Shown here piece after piece: positions 8,401 through 13,454 of a DNA stretch of 13,454 bases; within the stretch, counting starts at the first letter, position 1, and every line of letters starts with the position of its first letter. The DNA lies in contig JBHHXT010000125.1 in NCBI GenBank assembly GCA_046757165.1, positions 1 to 13,454 on the forward strand, read 5' to 3'. The translations under genes and the position numbers were made by a program. The notes below the pieces were generated by a model. That model was not told the DNA's origin. It did not search any database and saw nothing but the letters and a program-made list of their open reading frames with translations. The DNA comes from a bacterium. GTDB lineage: Bacteria > Zhuqueibacterota > Zhuqueibacteria > Oceanimicrobiales > Oceanimicrobiaceae.

Positions 8401-11349
8401 CCTGCCGGCATCGACGATAGGCGGCCTATTTGCGTTCGGGTCGTATTCGACAACCAATTCAGGCCTCGTCATTCCTTCTTTGGAGCTGTAGGCAAGGGTA
8501 TTCTTCGAGCCAGGCTGGATGCAGAAACTATAAACGCCATCTGCAACCACGGCTGAGGTCACATCGAATTCTACGATTTCGTCAACGGCGACAGGGCCAA
8601 TGGAACTGAGCGCGCCGCTTGTAATCGGCGGGGCATTGCCGAAGATTAAGCCCGCCTCATTCCAGAAAGCGTTGCTGCTCAGATAGGTGTTGGAAGTCAG
8701 GAAGATGGTGCCGCCGCTACCGCTTCGGTTCGTCACCTTGAGACGAACCTTAGCGCTCACGACAGGCCCACCGAGGCCGGTCACATTGAATTTCAAATAA
8801 GCGAGGTCTTTCGAGCTCCCTTTTTTCTTCAACTTGAGCTGAGTGCTGGCGCCGAAGTTTTTGGTCGGTTTTTTTGATCGAACATAGGCGTCATCTATGA
8901 CGTTGGCCGTGACGGTCTGTGGGCCGACTCCCGGCGCCGGGTCAACCGTCACATTTATCGGGTCGAGCGCAGTAGCGCCCTGGTCATCCATGACGGTGAG
9001 CGTGACATGATGCGTTCCAACCGTGAAGTTGTGGTTCGGATTGACACCCACTGCGATTTGATTTCCCCCTTCGCTCCAGACGTAGCTGACGATGTTGCCG
9101 TCCGGGTCAGAGGACTGAGAGCCGTCGAGGGCAACGTTTTCTGAGCCGCTATTGTCGGTATCGGTGACATTCTGGTCGGGGCCAGCGTTGGCGACCGGCA
9201 GGAAGTTTCCGTTCGCGTCGGTTTCGAGGACTAATCTGGGCTTGGTGGAGCCTTCCTTGGAACTAAAGATGAGCGTATTCCTAGAGCCATTCTCGAGACA
9301 GAAGCTATAAACGCCATCCGCAACCACCGCAGAGGTGACATCAAATTCCACGATATCGTCAACGGCGACAGGGCCAACAGAGCTCAGGGCAGGTCCGATG
9401 GTCTCAGGGGCATTGCTGAACGTGAGGCTCCCTTCGGTCCAGGGAACGCTGCTGCCTTGCGAGTTATTGGAAGCCGGGAAGATGGTGCCACCGTCGTCGC
9501 TTCTGTTGGTCACCCTGAGAAAAATCTTTGCACTCCGAACAGGTCCATTCAAGCCTGCGACATGGAATTTCAAATAAGAGCGGGTGGTCGACTGGCCCTT
9601 TTTCTTGAGTTTGAGTTGAGTTTTGAAGCCGTAGTTTTTCTTCGGTTTGGTTGACTTGACATAGGCGTCATCTATGGGCGTAACGGTCACGGTTCCCGGA
9701 CCGCCTCCGGCAGCCGCTTCAACGGTCACCGATACCTGGTCCTGTGCCACCGCGCCCTGGTTATCGGTAGCCGCGAGTGTGACATGATGCGTTCCAACCG
9801 TGAAGTTGTGGTTCGGATTGACACCCACTGCGATTTGATTTCCCCCTTCGCTCCAGACGTAGCTGACGATGTTGCCGTCCGGGTCAGAGGACTGAGAGCC
9901 GTCGAGGGCAACGTTTTCTGAGCCGCTATTGTCGGTATCGGTGACATTCTGGTCGGGGCCAGCGTTGGCGACCGGCAGGAAGTTTCCGTTCGCGTCGGTT
10001 TCGAGGACTAATCTGGGCTTGGTGGAGCCTTCCTTGGAACTAAAGATGAGCGTATTCCTAGAGCCATTCTCGAGACAGAAGCTATAAACGCCATCCGCAA
10101 CCACCGCAGAGGTGACATCAAATTCCACGATATCGTCAACGGCGACAGGGCCAACAGAGCTCAGGGCAGGTCCGATGGTCTCAGGGGCATTGCTGAACGT
10201 GAGGCTCCCTTCGGTCCAGGGAACGCTGCTGCCTTGCGAGTTATTGGAAGCCGGGAAGATGGTGCCACCGTCGTCGCTTCTGTTGGTCACCCTGAGAAAA
10301 ATCTTTGCACTCCGAACAGGTCCATTCAAGCCTGCGACATGGAATTTCAAATAAGAGCGGGTGGTCGACTGGCCCTTTTTCTTGAGTTTGAGTTGAGTTT
10401 TGAAGCCGTAGTTTTTCTTCGGTTTGGTTGACTTGACATAGGCGTCATCTATGGGCGTAACGGTCACGGTTCCCGGACCGCCTCCGGCAGCCGCTTCAAC
10501 GGTCACCGATACCTGGTCCTGTGCCACCGCGCCCTGGTTATCGGTAACCGCGAGTGTGACAAGATGTGTTCCGACCGTAAAGTTGTGGCTGGGGCTGATC
10601 CCGACTTCGATTGGGTTGCCTCCTTCGCTCCACACATAGCTGACAATGTTCCCGTCCGGGTCAAATGAACCGCTGCCGTCCAGGGTGACCGGCTCGTCGC
10701 CACCGTTATCGTTGTCGGTGACCGTTTGGTCATTGCCCGCGTTGGCCACGGGAGGCTGATTTCCGCCGCCACCACCGCCGCTGCCCGTGACGATGACCAG
10801 CTCGGGCCGGTGTAACGGTGCTGCCTCTTTGGAACTGTATTGTGCACTCTGGACTGCCGCTTTCTTCAATCCAAAGCTGAATGTGCCATTCCCCACAACG
10901 GCGGCCGTGACATCCAGCTCAACCCATTCACCCACTGAAACACGACCCAGAGAACTCAATGCAGCGCTGGTGATGGCCGGCGCGTTGTTCCAGTTGAGAG
11001 AGGCCTCATCCCAGGGAGTTGTCGTCCCCTGGAAAAAATTCGAGACTAAGAATGCCGAACCGCCCGCTTTGCTCTTGCGCACGACAAACAAACGCAACGT
11101 CGCCTTCTGCACCGCACCGGTGAGTCCGGTAACTTCGAATTTAAGATAAGAGCGCAGAATCGTCGTTCCGTTCACTGAGCCTTCTCGAAGCCTCAGGGTC
11201 GCTAAGGCACCATAGTTTCTCGTCGGCCGGCTGGATTTGACTTGCGCGTCGTCGGTAGGATGGAAAATAATCTGATTTTGAGCTAAACCAAACGATGGGC
11301 TTAGAATGGCCGTTACGATGGCGAGCCATACAATTCGCTGAAACCTCAT
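5404..11349 (-). CDS. Large secreted di-heme enzyme of the bacterial cytochrome c peroxidase/MauG superfamily with 4x(DNRLRE + PKD) N-terminal modules and a FlgD-Ig/T9SS-type C-terminal domain (1981 aa)
   Basis: Sec signal (aa 1-23), with GGGAG upstream of the ATG. DNRLRE-like modules (DDAYV...NYG...SYLKF...W.E..L....AP...SSKE...P.LV) at ~10786-11271, 9995-10465, 9218-9688 and 8445-8915, each followed by a PKD-like module (PVANAG.DQ...LDGS.S.DPDG.IVSYVW; the 4th is a PIVDAG variant). Heme motifs CASCH (7876-7890) and CINCH (6856-6870). Also LGKALFW, GRNAP, FWDGRA, FKVPTLRNVELTGPYFHNG and DLVAFLLSLTD. The C-terminus is QNFPNPFNPST...WDGKNDAGEQVGSGVYVYRL. Confidence 0.95.
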   Translation of the reverse strand: MRFQRIVWLAIVTAILSPSFGLAQNQIIFHPTDDAQVKSSRPTRNYGALATLRLREGSVNGTTILRSYLKFEVTGLTGAVQKATLRLFVVRKSKAGGSAFLVSNFFQGTTTPWDEASLNWNNAPAITSAALSSLGRVSVGEWVELDVTAAVVGNGTFSFGLKKAAVQSAQYSSKEAAPLHRPELVIVTGSGGGGGGNQPPVANAGNDQTVTDNDNGGDEPVTLDGSGSFDPDGNIVSYVWSEGGNPIEVGISPSHNFTVGTHLVTLAVTDNQGAVAQDQVSVTVEAAAGGGPGTVTVTPIDDAYVKSTKPKKNYGFKTQLKLKKKGQSTTRSYLKFHVAGLNGPVRSAKIFLRVTNRSDDGGTIFPASNNSQGSSVPWTEGSLTFSNAPETIGPALSSVGPVAVDDIVEFDVTSAVVADGVYSFCLENGSRNTLIFSSKEGSTKPRLVLETDANGNFLPVANAGPDQNVTDTDNSGSENVALDGSQSSDPDGNIVSYVWSEGGNQIAVGVNPNHNFTVGTHHVTLAATDNQGAVAQDQVSVTVEAAAGGGPGTVTVTPIDDAYVKSTKPKKNYGFKTQLKLKKKGQSTTRSYLKFHVAGLNGPVRSAKIFLRVTNRSDDGGTIFPASNNSQGSSVPWTEGSLTFSNAPETIGPALSSVGPVAVDDIVEFDVTSAVVADGVYSFCLENGSRNTLIFSSKEGSTKPRLVLETDANGNFLPVANAGPDQNVTDTDNSGSENVALDGSQSSDPDGNIVSYVWSEGGNQIAVGVNPNHNFTVGTHHVTLTVMDDQGATALDPINVTVDPAPGVGPQTVTANVIDDAYVRSKKPTKNFGASTQLKLKKKGSSKDLAYLKFNVTGLGGPVVSAKVRLKVTNRSGSGGTIFLTSNTYLSSNAFWNEAGLIFGNAPPITSGALSSIGPVAVDEIVEFDVTSAVVADGVYSFCIQPGSKNTLAYSSKEGMTRPELVVEYDPNANRPPIVDAGRFQLIDLGETNTTVLQATVSDDGQPVPPGALAFEWVLTPIDPLHPPEFPHPPEDGGPDQVVFAPNANVLNPTLTFNKRGLYVFRLKVSDGEVEVFDDVQILVLRQGRLPGPLSSIPVPGPDNLAAIDRALSSEIDGNPVPFSDFIVDKAAAIKLGKALFWEMQVGSDGIQACASCHFNAGADTRVTNELHPAGNGRFDVGDVNHTLSLSDFPYHKLSNPNDRFSRVVSDADDITGAMGVLGSVFNDITPGFAEDNTTPIAVDNPFNTGHFNVRRTTGRNAPPVINAVFNFRNFWDGRAFNNFNGVNPFGARDPNARVLMDTDGPGGTPASAVSICLPLSSAASQATGPPMSDVEMSGAGRIWPKLGKKLLHPAIVPLGKQLVDKSDSELGLLSNYPAKGLNTSYADLVKAAFDPRWWDSDNIMTFNPDGTIATIGPPPVGALTTDQYTLMEANFSMIFGLAVQCYEATLISDDAPFDRFRSGDANALTEQQKRGFRIFTNFGLDPTVPAGFCINCHVGPEFTSASVSFIGSIEPPQPFEPEDIAETIVERMPGAFGGGKASLAFVAGDAIGPAAGEQQVALGFDPRGKLLEVRDATGTVLFFGHMPGTPGPLPPAGPCVDDLIIVPLFSTGVLTDPLMLAGVEMNFFSNCSVDLSVELVGFPAGFYDFFVDGVKRGTMEAVVDVVYDIGYYDIGVRSIAEDIGNGGNDPFGNPLSLAKMELLQPGRADIRKGVPGGGLGGAHEFTPAIGALGEADAADGAFKVPTLRNVELTGPYFHNGGQATLRQVVDFYNRGGDFSDQNLRTLAPEIRPLGLTEQDKDDLVAFLLSLTDERVRLRKKPFDGPQFFAPDGHDENSGVTLLLEIPAVGAAGGPAIQPFLNGDPFLSKKVLLAVNLGAQGDLGNGTLPKEFGLEQNFPNPFNPSTSIHFALAKEVKTRLEVYNVLGQRVRTLVHGVMPAGLHTVNWDGKNDAGEQVGSGVYVYRLQSADFVRTRRMLMVK
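9002..10561. repeat. Near-perfect intragenic tandem duplication, period 777 bp (259 aa DNRLRE+PKD unit)
   Basis: 9002-9784 matches 9779-10561. By eye only one mismatch (9770 G vs 10547 A). The shadow ORFs 9335-9577 and 10112-10354 are identical and 777 bp apart. Confidence 0.95.
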
Positions 11350-12039
11350 GATGTCACTCCCTTTTGAATCGATGACCTTACAGGGACAAAAGGACTTATT
11401 CTTATGAAGGGTTGTACAGCCTTAGAGCCAGGCAAAGGATAGGGTCCCGTTTCTCTGATAACGCTTCTTGATTTCCCCCGGAGTGCATCCATTCTAAATT
11501 GTGGTTGCCCGAAAAGTCGATTCTTGATTTCGTCGTCCCGTATGCTTTCGGGACCTCTCAGCGAAACAATCATCATCTTAGGCACGGTAAGAGATTGCTG
11601 CGGCAAAAAATGCCTCACAATGACAGTGCGTTAGATGAGTTTGGGTCAAACACAAAATAGAAAAAAGCGGGGTTGGAACCTGAAAATCCCCGGCCATCTC
11701 GCTACCAGCAGGCGCGACAAGTGTGCACCAAGCCAGGAGCAAGACCTAAAGATCGTAGCTAACCAATCATAATAACTTCAATCCCCCGTTGCATTATGTT
11801 CGTGAAACCCAACCAAAAAAGATCTGGTACCTAGTCAGGTATAATTGGAGTGCAAAAATCAGTGAACCTAGTGAACGTATTTTTGCAGCATCACTGGCCG
11901 GATATGTTGCAAAAATACGTTTCTGGCGGAACTGATTTTTACACTCCGGCTTTTGGCCTGAATAGTTACACGAACTGTTTACTATCATTATGATAAATCA
12001 ACACTTACGTTTGCGTAGAGTTTGCTGCAAAAAAAAGGC

Positions 12040-12522
12040 TCAAAATATCAGCCGCACCAGCAGCGGATAGTCTACATGAGATGTTATTATCTCACAGTTG
12101 GCACAATCTACATCCCCCGGAAACCGGTCACAGTCGGCACATTCTTCCAGAATTGTGCGAGAGTTCTCCAAATCAGCTTTGATTCTTTGATACCTCTCAA
12201 TCTGCCTTTCCGCTTCTTCTGCATACTGGTCTAACTGGCTGAGTATCTTCTTTACAACCTGACCCATTGTCGTTCCGTGTTTCTTGGAGGAACACAACTC
12301 TTTTATTTCGACCAGGGGTAGATTCATGCTCTTCAGATAGTGTACCAGTTTTATTCTGTAGACATCATCTTTCGAAAACAATCGAAAACCACCTTCGCTT
12401 CGGTCAAAGGGTTCCAATAAACCCAATTCTTCATAATACCGAATCGTGCGAATGGTCAAGCCAGTTTCCCTGGCAAGTTCTCCTATCTTTATCGCTGTAG
12501 ACTGCCTAAAGCGTCTGCTCAT
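12040..12522 (-). CDS. MerR-family transcriptional regulator with a C-terminal four-cysteine motif
   Basis: N-terminal MerR HTH (KIGELARETGLTIRTIRYYEELGLL...RSEGGFRLF...LKSMNLPLVEIKE), a coiled-coil, then CADC-x8-CANC. Confidence 0.93.
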   Translation of the reverse strand: MSRRFRQSTAIKIGELARETGLTIRTIRYYEELGLLEPFDRSEGGFRLFSKDDVYRIKLVHYLKSMNLPLVEIKELCSSKKHGTTMGQVVKKILSQLDQYAEEAERQIERYQRIKADLENSRTILEECADCDRFPGDVDCANCEIITSHVDYPLLVRLIF

Positions 12523-12572
12523 CTAAACAATAGCCACGAGGAGAATCCCCGATACCTGGCAGGTGATGAATG

Positions 12573-12593
12573 CCTTCAACCCCCTATTGAAGG
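12573..12593. promoter_or_regulatory. Inverted repeat CCTTCAA-N7-TTGAAGG ~50 bp upstream of the merR start; candidate MerR-family operator
   Basis: Perfect 7-bp arms seen in the sequence. The CCTTC...GAAGG core resembles CueR-type operators but with a longer spacer. I found no convincing flanking -35/-10 pair. Confidence 0.5.
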
Positions 12594-13174
12594 TATCTAT
12601 TCTTGATTCAGGCGAAAGAAGGGGTGGAGACGACCGTTTCCCACCGTTTTATTCAAGAGACATTACAACTTTTTAATCTATCTAATACTACCTTAATTTC
12701 TCATCATTGCGGAAAACCGGGCGCTTTTTTTTGCAAGAAATGAGATTTCGGAGACAGGCTAAGAGCGGTTTGACTGGAGAGTGTGTTTCCAAGAGAAGAA
12801 TTCGTCTACTAAAAAACAAGTACTTGGAGGCATCTCACCCTCTCCTACTTGCATGTTGCGGCTACCTCTCCAGGATGCAAATTTTTCACTCACCGAAAGA
12901 AAGATGTCTCCGCAACGACAAAACAACAGACGAGGACCGCAAGCTGCCCAAAAAACAGAGCAAGAATTTGCGACAAACTCTGTGGAATTGAGTCAGGGAG
13001 ATTCAAGTGTGACAAGGGCATCGTACGAAGAGGACCAATATCCGCTCCAGAAACGGATCGAGTCTTCCCTGGTACAGATATTGCACCCCCCCCACTCAGT
13101 CTGTGTCCATCAAACAGGCCCTGCTCAATTGAACACAGCCAACGGACACGATGACTTAACTCGATACACTAACC

Positions 13175-13432
13175 ATGTCAGGGAAGAAGAAAATGGTCGA
13201 AATCGATGCAAGAGACGTCATGAGTCTCAGGAACGCCACCGGCAAGGAACTCATCCGGGCATTCATCAAGCTGGACTGGTATTTCGAATATGGCCCGAAA
13301 CGTCAACGGGAGGAATGCCTGGAGCGGATCAGCAACCTGCTTCTCGAAATCCGGGCACGGAAAATAATGGGGGAGCGGCTGACGGCGGCGGACGGCAAAC
13401 GTGAAACGGCAGACGTGAAACGGCAGACGTGA
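13175..13432 (+). CDS. Small hypothetical protein (85 aa, helical-looking); its stop codon falls inside the tandem repeat
   Basis: ATG start and protein-like amphipathic composition (GKELIRAFIKLDWYFEYG...EECLERISNLLLEIRARKIM). No family recognised and no clear RBS. Confidence 0.55.
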   Translation: MSGKKKMVEIDARDVMSLRNATGKELIRAFIKLDWYFEYGPKRQREECLERISNLLLEIRARKIMGERLTAADGKRETADVKRQT

Positions 13433-13454
13433 AACGGCAAACGTGAAACGGCAA
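13392..13454. repeat. Tandem repeat of alternating heptamers (ACGGCAR-ACGTGAA), 4.5 copies of a 14-mer, running off the window
   Basis: acggcaa acgtgaa acggcag acgtgaa acggcag acgtgaa acggcaa acgtgaa acggcaa, read directly from the sequence. Confidence 0.95.

Noticed and set aside
218..10561. Near-identical repeats as DGR template/variable repeats or mobile-element ends
   Set aside because: They are in-frame tandem domain duplications with about one mismatch each. No reverse transcriptase, transposase or integrase is present in the window.
5521..11329. Many overlapping ORFs within the 1981-aa gene
   Set aside because: Shadow or alternate-frame ORFs of a GC-rich gene with no recognisable motifs.
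11346..11618. 90-aa ORF whose stop overlaps the peroxidase start (ATGA)
   Set aside because: The overlap is suggestive, but the start is non-ATG, there is no clear RBS or recognisable motif, and the peroxidase has its own SD. Not supportable without homologues.
12707..13404. Overlapping plus-strand ORFs of 94, 207 and 101 aa
   Set aside because: They are mutually overlapping with non-ATG starts and unconvincing composition. The 207-aa ORF overlaps the better-looking 13175-13432 ORF.
13392..13454. Possible CRISPR array
   Set aside because: The units are 14 bp, contiguous, and have no unique spacers.

Overview
Bacterial window (C-terminal 'QNxPNPFNPST' sorting domains suggest a Calditrichota/KSB1-like FCB-group organism; this is inference). 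It holds a co-oriented minus-strand cluster of exported redox proteins, read from right to left. (1) A MerR-family regulator with a CxxC-x8-CxxC tail (12040-12522). (2) A 1981-aa secreted protein with four DNRLRE/PKD pairs, a di-heme peroxidase-superfamily domain carrying MauG-type (Tyr-ligated) signatures, and a FlgD-Ig/T9SS-type C-terminal domain (5404-11349). (3) A small protein with the same C-terminal domain and degenerate propeller blades (4463-5266). (4) A di-heme planctomycete-type cytochrome c with a DUF5666-like tail (3425-4396). (5) A Tat-signal multicopper oxidase of at least 1109 aa, absent from the supplied ORF track because it runs off the left edge (3327 to <1). My manual translation of this gene shows four cupredoxin-like domains with all copper ligands confined to domains 2 and 3, followed by at least four Lys-rich beta-sandwich repeats. 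Both large genes contain near-perfect internal tandem duplications (777 bp and 315 bp periods). The right end has small divergent hypothetical ORFs and a heptamer-based tandem repeat running off the edge. All family calls come from motif recognition by eye; no searches were run.
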